From positions 866,881 through 930,880 of the forward strand of contig JAUPSS010000010.1 in NCBI GenBank assembly GCA_040285825.1: 64,000 bases of DNA, in the 5' to 3' direction. Shown here piece by piece: positions 48,847 to 60,732 of the stretch (the stretch's first letter is position 1; the number at the start of each line of letters is the position of its first letter). Source of the DNA: Eukaryota sp. TZLM1-RC (taxonomy: Eukaryota > Protista > Metamonada: BaSk clade). The position numbers were made by a program, and so were the translations under genes. The notes below the pieces were generated by a model, which saw nothing but the letters and a program-made list of their open reading frames with translations, searched no databases and was not told the origin of the DNA.

Positions 48847-50598
48847 ATGCAACTGTACCAGTCCTTTTCTGAGGTAATTGCTACGCATCTCTGTCATGAG
48901 ATTGAAGCCCCTGTGGTTGTTCGTCTCTTGTCCGATCCCCAAAACATCCCTTCATTTGTTTCCATTATTAAACAAGCATTCCAACAGAGTCTTACCCCCA
49001 CCCAATTCAAAAACATTTATCGTTTCTGCTCAATTTTTGCTCCACAGCTCCCCCCTGCAACTATCTCCTCTCTCCTGGAATCACTCTCATTCCTTGCATC
49101 CTCCTCCAAAGTTGCTCACGTGACCAAATCATTAGAACTTATTTCTTCTCTCATTCCCAATAACCCACCTCAACTCACCCTCCCTCCCGATCTTCTTGAC
49201 TTTACTCTTGAAGCTCTGTACGACGGCTACCTCACCGCTATTAAAATCCTTGGAAAGCTTAATTATACTGATCATCTAATTGAATTCGCCCCTTCTATAC
49301 CTTTTGATTCCCCAACACACCTTGACCTTATCCCTTACATAGGGAACTCCATGACTTACCTCACCCACCCTATCTCAGAGTTTAGGAAGCTTGCATGTGA
49401 TTTATTTGAGCCAGAGGAAGAGTTTGTTGACGAAGTTTATTCTATTCAACACTGTTTTGGGGAAGTTTTTATTAAACCCAGGGTTTATTCAAGTGTATAT
49501 TCGCCAATATTAATTAATGGTTACTTAAGCGAAGATGATTTGGCCCAATTAAATATTGCTAATTTTGAAGGTGATTTAATACCAATTGTGGAAAATGTTT
49601 TTTCCGAGTTTAATTTAGATAATTTTAATATATTTGAATTTGTGAATTTTGTCAATATTATTTTGCCTAATTTTGATTCTTTTGGAGTCAATGTGGTTTT
49701 GCAGAATTTAAAGAACAAGGTATTTCCTATCATTAATTCGTTTAATGAACCAAAGCAATTGTTGTATTTCACGAAATTATTCTGCTCGAAATTAATTTCT
49801 GAGGATGTAGAGTTAATTACACAACTAAAAGAAGTAATTTATAAGCTATTACCAACAAATTCTTTGGAGTTACAATTAATTTCCCTGATTTATTTAATTC
49901 CGTTCGAGGATAATATTAAAGATATTTGGGCGAATACTGTCTCTGAAATTGATTTTGATGATCTATCAGAACTGCAATCACTTTTGATTGTTACCTTTGT
50001 TCGTGATTATGCGAGGGTCAAAAAAGAATTGATTTTAGAAGAAAGTGTTCTATTAAACATCCTTCATCCACATTTTATTATGAACAACTTAATTTGTGAT
50101 TTATTAGTGTTGCTAAATCTTCAGCATGAAGTTGAATTTCTATCATTTATGACTCTAAATTCTGTTCCGCAACAATTAACAGAACCAATTCCTTTTTTCA
50201 AAGATTATTTATTTGTTAAACACAAAGATTTAAATCAATTTTTGTTTTCTTATCTTAATTCTAGAAAGAATATTATTGCTGATTTATTTGAATTAATTTG
50301 CAATCAAATTGATGGTGAAAATTGCTTGGTTTTACGCAATTTATTTAATTATTTACCTTTATTAACTGATATTGATGCAGAAAGTTATTCAAATTGTGTA
50401 GCAATTCTTTTTAAATCTTTGTTTGATTCATTTGAACTCATAGGCAAGGAAGTTTTCTTGTCTATTTTGAAGGAATTAAAGATCAAATCTATTGATTATG
50501 ATTTAAAGACGCAATTAGTCAAAAAATTGGGTTCGTTTGGGCTTAACAAAACAGATTTAGGCTCAGTAGACAAGGTCTTGAATAGTGTTTTTGAATAA
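48847..50598 (+). CDS. Hypothetical Leu-rich helical protein (583 aa)
   Basis: Long ORF, first ATG 48847; no family recognised. Confidence 0.65.
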   Translation: MQLYQSFSEVIATHLCHEIEAPVVVRLLSDPQNIPSFVSIIKQAFQQSLTPTQFKNIYRFCSIFAPQLPPATISSLLESLSFLASSSKVAHVTKSLELISSLIPNNPPQLTLPPDLLDFTLEALYDGYLTAIKILGKLNYTDHLIEFAPSIPFDSPTHLDLIPYIGNSMTYLTHPISEFRKLACDLFEPEEEFVDEVYSIQHCFGEVFIKPRVYSSVYSPILINGYLSEDDLAQLNIANFEGDLIPIVENVFSEFNLDNFNIFEFVNFVNIILPNFDSFGVNVVLQNLKNKVFPIINSFNEPKQLLYFTKLFCSKLISEDVELITQLKEVIYKLLPTNSLELQLISLIYLIPFEDNIKDIWANTVSEIDFDDLSELQSLLIVTFVRDYARVKKELILEESVLLNILHPHFIMNNLICDLLVLLNLQHEVEFLSFMTLNSVPQQLTEPIPFFKDYLFVKHKDLNQFLFSYLNSRKNIIADLFELICNQIDGENCLVLRNLFNYLPLLTDIDAESYSNCVAILFKSLFDSFELIGKEVFLSILKELKIKSIDYDLKTQLVKKLGSFGLNKTDLGSVDKVLNSVFE

Positions 50599-50753
50599 CG
50601 TTTTTTTCAGTGTTTCGTTTTTTGATTGTATTATATGGTTCATAAATATACAGATTTTATCTTTGCTTTTAAAGCAGTGAGCATTCTGCTCTATTTGTGT
50701 CTTGAAATTGATTTCTTTTGAAAACGATCAATTATTTTACAATTATTCCTTTT

Positions 50754-50950
50754 ATTTATTGAATTTGCACACTTAATTAAATTAACTCAATACTAACGGG
50801 ATGACTATCATTGAACCAAGATTTCCTCTACAAAATCTTGATCTGCTTGCTGTCTAGCTAAAGCTTCTCTTATTCGATTGAAAAACCGTGGTAATCTACT
50901 AATAATGGCAAATGGAATCCGTGAACGCCATAAAAATATATTAAATGTTT
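50754..50950 (-). mobile_element. CRE family A extreme 3' fragment
   Basis: WRSRI...EEILVQ* plus 3' UTR ending TTCAATAAAT. Confidence 0.85.
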
Positions 50951-50955
50951 CAGAA

Positions 50956-51883
50956 ATGTCAGGGTCGGTGTCTCCTCTGGTATTGGCTATCACGTCACAT
51001 TTGCGTCATCTTTTTGACCCTTCTATTATTAGTAACAGTCGGAGGTCAACTGACAGTCAACAATCAAATAATTTCAGTATTCAAGAATTATTTTCCGTAA
51101 TTACAGAGTTTAAAAGCCAATTGGTTTGCCTAGAAGTCAACAGAATTCCATTGAAAAGTAGAATCAGCGCAATTACTTCTATTAATTCTTTATTTGGAGT
51201 CTTTATAATGTTTCAGAAACTTAATCTATTTAATTTTTCTTCTTTTTTCCGTCTATATGAACCAATTTATGAACTCACCACTTATCTCTTCCAAAAGGCA
51301 ACCTTTGACCCTGATCAACAATCAAATATATCAATGACAGTCAGCAAAGTTAAATGGGATGATCAGTTGTCTATGGAAGTCAGTTCTGATTTTGTTGATG
51401 TTGCTTTCACATATTGGGGAGAATTTAATCAACGTTTCTTGGGCAATTTAACTATTTTCCCAAAAGAATTATTAGATGAATTAAAATTAAGTTGGTTAAA
51501 TAATTTATTTAGTTTTATTCTATTAGGCCTTGGAAAAGTGAAAAAATTTGGAAATTCTGGACTGGCGAGGCTTTCTTTAGATATTCAGTTACTCAGGAAG
51601 GAGTTATTAACTGGGTTACCTCAATCAAATTGTCGATCACTTTCCGAACTTGAATCATTTTCCAAAGTTCTGTGGATGGCTGATTTCCAAGACTTTTTGT
51701 CGTTTATCAAAAGCAAGTGAGCTATCTGTGGAAGCCGCCCAAGCTGCTTTTAAATCTGGTTTGGTAAGTTCAGTTTCTAAAAAGAAGAAAAGTTTTGAAT
51801 TATTGACTGAAATTAAGGAAGTTATTACCCGAAAAAATGAACAGCAAGTGTACAAATGGATTGAAATTATAAGGAACATTTGA
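50956..51883 (+). pseudogene. VPS50: VPS50/syndetin C-terminal domain fragment, frameshift near 51715
   Basis: VSKVKWD......SDFVD......EFNQR...GLGKVKKFGNSGLARLSLDIQ resembles VPS50 NVKWD...YVD...FNRR...[21 protein letters not shown]. The N-terminal part is absent. Confidence 0.65.
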
Positions 51884-52240
51884 TTGAGATTTTGATTGAG
51901 TGGATGGGAGATTTTATTTTATATTATTCAACTTTACTTTTGTGTTACTTTGCGCATTGGATTTTAATCAAATTGTTTTTTCAACATTTTCAAGAGTTGT
52001 TTAATATATTTTATTATTTTCATTGTTTTCTTTGTCTATACGTTATAAATAAAAAAATAATAAAATAAATATAAAACTAACCTTTTTTCTTGACAATTTG
52101 AAGTTGAAAATCCGAATATTATCACACGCTATCTGCTTTCACAAAACTTTCTCAGTATTCTGATTGCTACCTTTTTGAAATTGATAAATATTTGAATTTT
52201 CCATTCTGAAAATACAAAATTCTGGGTATCAATATTAAAT

Positions 52241-52500
52241 ATTTATTGAACTTCCAAACTTAACAAAATAAACTCATATCTAATGGGACGAAATTCATTG
52301 AACCAATGTTTCCTCTACAACATCTTGATCTGCTTGCTTTTTAGCTACAGCTTTCTTATTCGATTGAAAAACCGCGATAATATATTAATAATGGCAAATT
52401 GAATTCGAGAACGCACTAAAAAATATCAAATTTTTTCATTGTTTTTTGTTGAACCATTTTTTGGAAGTCATTAAAAAAACTTTCTGCTTCTACTGATAGT
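52241..52500 (-). mobile_element. Degraded CRE family A 3' fragment
   Basis: Diverged match to 52781-53040. Confidence 0.8.
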
Positions 52501-52509
52501 CTCAAATTA

Positions 52510-52772
52510 TAAAGTTCTCGTTTGACTGCACTTGTCAAGAATTCAAAATTGGATCTTCGTCTTATTGCGGTCTCTGAAAGCATACATAATTTTTGTTTCT
52601 GCTTGTTGCTTAAACAGGTTCAATGGAAAAACAAAAACGATTTTGTTGCCGTTCCAGCACGGAATTAATATCACTGATGGAGTTTCTTCAACTATATTTG
52701 CTACAGATGTATTATTTCATCAAAATGAATCCAATATTGGAATGTTGTTGGATTTTAGTAACGCCTTGAATT
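52510..52772 (+). mobile_element. CRE family A RT N-terminal fragment in inverted orientation
   Basis: SRLTALVKNSKLDLRLIAVSE and LLPFQHG..TDGV...LDFSNALN; matches 54710-54840 on the other strand. Confidence 0.75.
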
Positions 52773-52780
52773 AATATTAT

Positions 52781-54842
52781 ATTTATTGAATTTGCACACT
52801 TGATTAAATTAAATCATAACTAATGGGACGACTATCATTAAACCAAGATTTCCTCTACAAAATCTTGATTTGCTTGCTGTCTAGCTAAAGCTTCTCTAAT
52901 TCGATTGAAAAACCGCGGTAATCTATTAATAATGGCAAATTGAATCCGTGAACGCCATAAAAAAATATCAAATCTTTTCATTGTTTTTTCTTTCACCATT
53001 TTTTGGAAGTCATCCAAAAAAGTTTCTGCTTCAACTGATAATTTTCCATTTATCGAAAATGGGAAAGCAATAAAAACCAACTGTGTATTTCTATCAGCAT
53101 TTGCATCTTCAATTTCTTTATCATATTTTCTATGTTTTTCTTTTGCTTTAAAATCCAGAGCAGCCACAGCATTAAGTTTTCGTCTGTGAACCAAAGTATC
53201 GTTTGCAACATTACATGAGACAAAGTCAACAATAGCTTCAGAATTATCAATCCAATCACAGTATACATCACCTCTATCATCAGAACCAAAATTATTCAGA
53301 GAAAGTGTTTCTTTCAGCAGGGGCTCTTTGATACACGATATCCTTGCAGTTTGTGCCATATTGAAAACAGTGTCTCTAACAGCATCATGTAATGAAGAAC
53401 GATAAATTATCAATTTAGAGCAATTTAGAGCATGGCGCAAAGTGAGTTGAGGTGAATTCGAACAAATACATTTTTCTTTTGATAATAATTGATTAATGGG
53501 GATGTTCAAATATAATCTCATTTTTGTTACAAATGCTTCATTAGTGGCACACAATCCAAATCTTCGTGGTACAATGGTTACAACAAGTGCAGAATCTGAT
53601 GACTTGTTTTCACAAACACCCTTTTCCAATAACAATCAGTGAAGATCTTGATTTAAAACAGCCGAGCTGCATATATTATTATAAAGATCTTTTTCATACA
53701 TTCCAGTCAATCGTTTCTGTAATGTTCGAAGAGTGTGCTTCAAATTTAAAACATTTTTTTCTGGAATATTGCCATTGAATGATTGGGGAAAACATCGACC
53801 CCATTTTTCTACATCAATTTTTGAAATTTCTTCATTTAATGCAAAAACAGCGGAACTTTGCGTTGTCATCAATAAATCTTCCCAATCTGCAAATCTTTCG
53901 GAAACTCAAAGATTACATTTCTGCATCCACCAACAAAAGCACACGAGGTAAGAATAGAAGCCTTCGTCCACCCTAAACCACCATAATGTGGACTAAGGTA
54001 AGCATGATCTGGAATTTGAAACATTTTACATCCCAGTAATTGAGACAGAACTTTTGCACGTAACTCATTAAACTTTTGAGCCAAAGGTCTAGTGACAAGA
54101 GGATTTGTAGATCGAAATATATGATTAAAATTGGAACTAAAACACAGTCTTATAATGGTAAATTTGATGTGTTTTTTTAAATCAAAACACATCATTCGGT
54201 CAATTTTGTCAGAAATTGAGTTCAACTTTTCAAACAATTTTTTGGTAATTTCATCATTATTTCCCAAAAACGAACCCAAATGACGAATAGCATCAATTGA
54301 ATATAATTTGGCTTGAATTTCAATACCATCAACAATTGTGGAAACTGGAGAATTCGATAACAAAACACATTTAAGTAAATTAAGTCGGAGACCAATTTTG
54401 GTAAATAATTCTTTAAAACATACAGTGGCTTGTTTCACAATATTTAAATCACCAATAAGCACAACATCATCTATATATGCAATCATTTTTAGTGAAGGAA
54501 ACATCTCTTGAATTTGCAGTAAAATAGGATGAATGGCCAAGCAAAACAAAAGAGGCCCTAACGGATCTCCTTGCTTTACACCACTTGATGAACTCAAAAT
54601 GTTGTTACCAAAATGTAAATTAGAATATGTGCAATATGTTGATTGAAAATACGGTATTAATTCTGGCATATATTGCAATAGAGCACCATGGATACTGCGA
54701 CGACTTAGTGAATTGAAAGCATTACTAAAATCCAATGACATACAAACATTGGATTCATTTTGGCGAAATAAAACATCAGTAGCAAATATCGCTGAAGAGA
54801 CTCCATCTGTAGTATTTATACCATATTGAAAGGGTAATAAAA
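52781..54842 (-). mobile_element. Longest CRE-like family A copy (RT-ZnF-REL), 5'-truncated, one frameshift and one stop
   Basis: DFSNAFN, GVKQGDPLGP, YIDD, HLG, YGGLG, CIC...HALNC, DDRGD, VDFV, KHRKY. Ends TTCAATAAAT. Confidence 0.92.
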
Positions 54843-55855
54843 GTTTTTACAATTATTCAAAATCCAAATTTTCTACAATTTGCCGAAAAAAGTTGTATTC
54901 TCGATGTGAATTGAAAGCAGCAATAGCAATCAAATTTGTCTAAGTTATTCCTTCTGAATAATTTAATCATCAGTTGTGATCACGCAAATTATTCACTCCA
55001 TACATATTAAGTCAAAATGCAAAAAGTCAAAACAAATGACGTGCTTGTTTGATGCATTCTAACAAACTGACGACACAGATTACTATCAGTTACTGATTAG
55101 TTTCTTCAGCCAAGCTAAACGTTGATTTATGATTGATCTACTTTTTATCTGGATAGTTTTGCTTCCAGTACACATTTTTCAGTCCGATTTCATGGTTTAT
55201 GATACTTTCAGGCGCTTATCCGTCATAAATTTGTGTCATTGTTGAGTTTGAGTATTGCATAGTTGTTGACGCCAAATACCCATTTTAAGAATATGTTGCA
55301 AGTTGCTACTGTTTCAAAAAAATATGGACGAATCAGTTTTTGTCGATTCAATTTGATGACGCTGTTTAAAAATTTTAAGGTAATCACTATTGCTTATCTT
55401 AATTTGTATGAATAATGTAGTGTTTGCTTTCAATAACTTTTCTTTATGTATGAGTGAGGCTGTGAAACTTGAGGTTGTGTATATTGAATATCTTCCTTAA
55501 ATTACCTGATTCTGCTGTTCAACTTTTGACATCATATAATTTAATGAGATCAACGTACTGAACTTTCTCTTACAATGATCAGAACTAATTAACAACTTGA
55601 CTCAAAGCCTGGCGATAAATTAAACCAGTATTCCAGGTCATGAATCACACAATTCAAGGTTGTTTTAAACAGTTGTTGGAACACAGATTTACAATGGTGA
55701 AATTAAACTAATATTGGATTTTCCCACTTTAACTCTATCAAAATATGATAAAATTTTAGAAAATTTATAAGGTTGAATGTAAATTAGTAAGATAATTGTA
55801 GAAATTCTACAAAAAATTCACAAATATTAACCTCGAAAACCAATTTATTGACAAA

Positions 55856-57898
55856 CTAAATACCTTTACTAGCCCATACAATAGAATTGGCAAACAACCT
55901 GTGACCATCAGTTGAGCTTTGCCAGCCATTACTATTAACATCACTACTCCAATAAACACATCCAAACTCCACAATTCTACCTTGTCCTATTTCATTCTTT
56001 GCAATCAAAGGACTTCCATTAGACACACTTGCCAACAAGGTTCCATTGACAAGTTGGGCATCTTTACGAGCCCAGGGAACAGCAAAAGAGTTGACATTTG
56101 TGAATATTGGGTCATTTGCCTTTGTTTTAACAATGTTTTGTAGTGATCCAAGGAAAGCCCAATTACCCCCACTAAAGCAAGAGTAATTAAACCCTTGGGG
56201 GCTTGATGATGGATAGAAGTTGAACAATACCAAACCTTTACCAGCTTCTAACAGCTGGTTTAGGTATTGGCCGGGACAAGAGACCTGGTAAGGACACAAC
56301 ACCACCACATCAAAGGGTTCAAGTTCGTTGTAATTGTTGATGGCGTTACTACTTGAATTAATAACAACTTCTAAATCCCCCCAATTTTCAGTTAAACCTT
56401 TATTAAGCTTGGTGGGTAGTTCCGTTATCCAACCTGAATCAACCCAAACCCCAACACTAATTGTTTTGGTCATCAATTCCCTTCCTAATAAACTTCTGGA
56501 AATTTCACCAATATTGTCCCTTGAACAATTCTTTTTAATTACCTTCTCCAACCATTCTTCTTTCATTTTATTTAAAGAATTTGTTAAAGTGATGCTTGAT
56601 AATAAATTACCTGGAATAGTTGGTAATTCTGGAACTATTTCAAACGAATAATTATCAATAACCTTGCTTAATAACAAAGAAGTAGAATGTTGAATTGCAT
56701 AATTAACAATATTAATAAATTCTTGATTGGAAAACCTACCAAATTCCAATTTAGAAATAACTAAATCAAAATCAATATTGGAAACTAAATTAGATTCAAG
56801 GTTAAAGAGCCAAATAAAATCTGAAACATTAATTGATTTTGAATTATTAATAAAATTGATAATTAATTTTTGTTTTAATTCAAAGTCAATTTCAAGAGGA
56901 ATTAATTCATCAATTTCATCTCTTGAAGGGACACAATCATGACCAATTTGGGCAGCAAAGACAAGTTCTTGAGCTCTTTTTGAAATATTCAGCTTGTCAA
57001 CATCAATCAACTCCTTGCCAAGTAATTTACCTAATAAATATAGCTTAAAACCAATAGTTTCAGATTCTAAATTATCAAAACAAGAAAATAAAGTAGTTTT
57101 AAATTCATCAACTACATTATAAATCTTTTGAATCTCTTCTTGAGCTCTTCCCTTGGCAGCACCATCAAAAGCAAGTGATTCTTCGACAGTATTTGAGGAC
57201 TCTAACTGCTGAATCTTGAGCCCTGATTGTCTAATCAAATCACCAATCAAATCATGTAGTATTGATTGGGATTGATTGAGGGTTTCCCTCACGACAGATT
57301 CCACTTTATCCCCTGATTGAACTAACAAGGGGGTAATAGTAGAAGTATTGGCTTGAAACTCTTGAACTTGCTTTGTGAAGGCTTCCTTGGCTTGTGAAAA
57401 AGAAACGAGAGCTTCATGGTGAAGTGAGTGGCCTTGGAGCAAGCCACATGAATCACAGAGAGCAACCTTGCACTTGGTGCAATAATGCTCGATTTGCTTA
57501 GCCTTATGGTGAGGACATTTTGGTAGGGAGACATTTGAGCGTTCGGAGAGGGGTACGATGTTGTGGGATTGGAACAGTTTAACAGAATGGACAAGAACAG
57601 AACATTTCTGACAGAAACAAGCATCACAATCAGAGCAGAAGAGGTTGGCAGGAGCTTCTTCGCATCCTTTGCAGAGTTGGGGTTCAGGAGAGTGTTGAGT
57701 GGAGGATTCAATGATGTCGCGAAGAGTGATGTTAATACGGTGGCACATCGAAGGAATCACCTCGCGACACTGAGGACAGGTAGAGCTATGCTTCTTTGAG
57801 GGCAACAGACAGCGATCACGACAGAAGCTATGACCACAAGGCAGCGTAGTCGGTTGCTCCATGATCTGAAGGCATATTCCGCATTCTAGATGAGACAT
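55856..57898 (-). CDS. TRIM-like protein: RING, two B-boxes, coiled coil, C-terminal GATase-I-like/ThuA-like domain
   Basis: CGIC...CGHSFC..C...CPQCR; CKGC...C..C..CFC..C...H...H; CPHH...YC..C..LC..C...H..H. ATG at 57898. Confidence 0.85.
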   Translation of the reverse strand: MSHLECGICLQIMEQPTTLPCGHSFCRDRCLLPSKKHSSTCPQCREVIPSMCHRINITLRDIIESSTQHSPEPQLCKGCEEAPANLFCSDCDACFCQKCSVLVHSVKLFQSHNIVPLSERSNVSLPKCPHHKAKQIEHYCTKCKVALCDSCGLLQGHSLHHEALVSFSQAKEAFTKQVQEFQANTSTITPLLVQSGDKVESVVRETLNQSQSILHDLIGDLIRQSGLKIQQLESSNTVEESLAFDGAAKGRAQEEIQKIYNVVDEFKTTLFSCFDNLESETIGFKLYLLGKLLGKELIDVDKLNISKRAQELVFAAQIGHDCVPSRDEIDELIPLEIDFELKQKLIINFINNSKSINVSDFIWLFNLESNLVSNIDFDLVISKLEFGRFSNQEFINIVNYAIQHSTSLLLSKVIDNYSFEIVPELPTIPGNLLSSITLTNSLNKMKEEWLEKVIKKNCSRDNIGEISRSLLGRELMTKTISVGVWVDSGWITELPTKLNKGLTENWGDLEVVINSSSNAINNYNELEPFDVVVLCPYQVSCPGQYLNQLLEAGKGLVLFNFYPSSSPQGFNYSCFSGGNWAFLGSLQNIVKTKANDPIFTNVNSFAVPWARKDAQLVNGTLLASVSNGSPLIAKNEIGQGRIVEFGCVYWSSDVNSNGWQSSTDGHRLFANSIVWASKGI

Positions 57899-58794
57899 GA
57901 AGAGATGAATATGAGATTTTGAATGATGAAACAAAATATTTCAAGGGTTTTTCGTCATGCTTACGTGTCGTTGTTGATGATGGTTTCTCCCCATCAACAG
58001 GCACAAAAATCGTTAAGAACTCACTTAAAAAGCAATACATTAAAAACAAGCTAAAAAGGATAAAAATAAATAAAACAGCTGGAATTACTCTTCGGCAGAT
58101 AAAGAAAGGTTCAATCTTCACCGAAACCATTCTGAAATGGCACGCTGACACTATTTGCTCTTTTTTGGATGATTTTGTTGAAATTGTGAAACAACGGACG
58201 GGAATTTTTGATAAAAAATTCCGTTTTTGTTAGATGTTGGATAACATCAAATCACGTGTGATGACGTGGCGATAGTTTAAGTTTAGTTTTTGCAATTTAA
58301 TAAAGCTTTTTTTTGTCACTGCAGTGGAAGCCAACGTTTTGGCAGAACGGAATTGTATTTTCATTTCTTAAATGTGTTGTCCCGTTAATGTCTTCTTATT
58401 TATTATCTGTTTGTCGTTTTTATAAAGGAAAATCTTCCAATCAATTCTTTTTGGCTCAGTTGGGATATCAAGATTTAGAATTTTAATATTGTTGTTTAGT
58501 TTCTCGGTGGAATAAATTAAATTGTATTAAAAGATTCAAATGAAAATTGTAATATTTATTTTATTCAGCAAGTATTTAATATTTAATCTGGGTCTCTATA
58601 ATGGTGAAAGAGCATACTAAGATCAATTGCTCAATAACAAAGATTTAATATTTTCGACTATGATACAAAATTTTAAAAAACTTATTTCTGTTTTTAGTTG
58701 TCTTTAGTTTTGGCAGCAATCCATGTATCAAGGATTTGAAGGAAATGGAATCAGAGATATACAACCACAAACAGACCAAATTTTCAAAATTTAT

Positions 58795-60099
58795 TTACAA
58801 ACCAGTAGAACAGCTCAAGTCCAAAGAAACATCAGGAGCAACACCCCCAACTTCCAAACTATTCCTAAACAAGCAAAGAAAATGCTTCATTGCAGACTTT
58901 AAACTTGATTCCTTAACAAACCCCTTACCGAGCAACCCTTCATATACCAATTCTGCAGTTTCTTCCCGAACATCCTGAGATAACAAAGAAGCAAGTGGAG
59001 AATCTATGGGATTTGGATAGACCAACAGACCCATAATGTCAGCAAGTGTCGGTAGTCCAGGGTGTTGGGTTTGGATCCACAAATCCCAGTGCGGAGAAAG
59101 AAGAGTTCTAGCAGTTTGAATAGCTTTTTCTTGGTTATTTCGTCGCACTTCTTCCAGAAAAACCTGCATTTTAAGCCTCATTACTGGCGTCGACTCTTCT
59201 TTCATTAAATGACCTTCATTTTCTTCTAAATATTTCAAAGCAAACTCACTATTTCCAGCTCTAATTGCATTAAAAACCGTCCTCCTATGGGTGATATTAC
59301 GTTTCATATGCTCAATTTGTTGTGGGGGTAATCCAATAGTTTTAGCAAATGACTCAAACGCATCTGGAAGAGAGGAATGGTATAAGTGTAAGAGTACTAA
59401 ATTGAGAGATAGTTTGTGAGTTTCTTGTAGTGATTGTGAGCTGCTGACGTGATCTAGCTGTCCAATTGATTGTTCAATCAAATAAGATTGACATGTGTCG
59501 ATGAAATTTTCAACATCAAAAACAAAATTTCCAGAAAAATTAACCCGGACCTTTTCCTCTGGTGAATGCAAACCTACTGTTGGAAAGAGATCAATCAGAT
59601 CAGATTTTGAAATATTCATTGGACTTCCCATGACCATTCCATTTTTAGTAAAGATTAACTTCCCTGTCGGTATAACAATTCCAGCACCAATAACATCATT
59701 GGTCGTGCACTTTGGATATCCAAGGTCTCTTCCTGATCCACTGTTATGGAAGAACTTCCCGTCATCAGCGTGGTAGCCGTATGAACCGGCTTTCCAGCCA
59801 GGTTGAGAGTGGAGGTTGTATCCACGTGGGGTAAAGCCAATGGCTACAGCACAGATATTACCAGGGTGAAGTATGGTAGCCTCAAAGTAGTAAAAGAGAG
59901 AGTCTAGTGGGATAGGGTGGTTTGATTGAACAGCACCTACAGTTGAGCTTCCTTCACCAGATCCAGTGTATTTTACTTCAAGGTGATCCGTGCTGAGAGT
60001 GTAGTAGTCATTGTATCTCTGGTTCAAAGCAAACTGAGAAGGAGTAGGAAGATTGTTATTGTTCGATATCCTCAGTAGGGAGTGTAAAGTGTTGGTCAT
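58795..60099 (-). CDS. RanBP9/10-like SPRY-LisH-CTLH-CRA protein (CTLH/GID complex)
   Basis: YYFE, IGF, QPGW..GSYGYHADDG, DVIG.G, FTKNG, LFPTVGL.S.EE.V.VNF, Q.FLE.VR, GLL.Y.NP..SPL..LL. Confidence 0.88.
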   Translation of the reverse strand: MTNTLHSLLRISNNNNLPTPSQFALNQRYNDYYTLSTDHLEVKYTGSGEGSSTVGAVQSNHPIPLDSLFYYFEATILHPGNICAVAIGFTPRGYNLHSQPGWKAGSYGYHADDGKFFHNSGSGRDLGYPKCTTNDVIGAGIVIPTGKLIFTKNGMVMGSPMNISKSDLIDLFPTVGLHSPEEKVRVNFSGNFVFDVENFIDTCQSYLIEQSIGQLDHVSSSQSLQETHKLSLNLVLLHLYHSSLPDAFESFAKTIGLPPQQIEHMKRNITHRRTVFNAIRAGNSEFALKYLEENEGHLMKEESTPVMRLKMQVFLEEVRRNNQEKAIQTARTLLSPHWDLWIQTQHPGLPTLADIMGLLVYPNPIDSPLASLLSQDVREETAELVYEGLLGKGFVKESSLKSAMKHFLCLFRNSLEVGGVAPDVSLDLSCSTGL

Positions 60100-60732
60100 T
60101 GTGGTAAAGAGAGTATCCAAAGTCCGATTAACTGAGAAATTGAATTTTGGTCATCCACTAATCACAAATGGCCTCACTGAAATTAGCTGACATCAACAGT
60201 TAAGTCGTAACTGACAACCTTGATCATCATCAATTGTGCTTCTCCACAACACACAGAATATTTGAAGAAATTTGAAAGAAAATACTGGTCTTCTAAAAAT
60301 AACTAACTATCACTTTTTATAACTATCTTGTTTTGCACTGCTGTTTCTATTTCTCAAATTGTTCATGTACAAGTTGATAATGAGCAATGTGGAAGGACAT
60401 ATTCAAAATGTCAGACAAAATCATTTAAAAGTGCTATAACAGCAAGTACATAAACATAAAAGATGTATAAAAATTGATTTTAAGCACATGAAAATCTAGA
60501 TATAGAAGAAAACTTAAATCTTTAGGTGTTGTAAGGCACTTCAATTGTAGAGAATTGGTAAGAACGAGGTATAAATGGCTGAGTTATAGAAATTGGTCAA
60601 CAAATAGAGAAATTAAGATTGAAAGACCAAAAATTTATAAATGAGTAACATAAATATAATACAGGAAAAATACAAAGCTAAGAACGAAAAAAAATCCAAT
60701 AAAAGCACAAAAAACACTAAATAAAGCCATAA

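Noticed and set aside
57919-58233. FLDDFVEIVKQRT resembling a REL C-terminus
   Set aside because: Similarity is too short to support a call.
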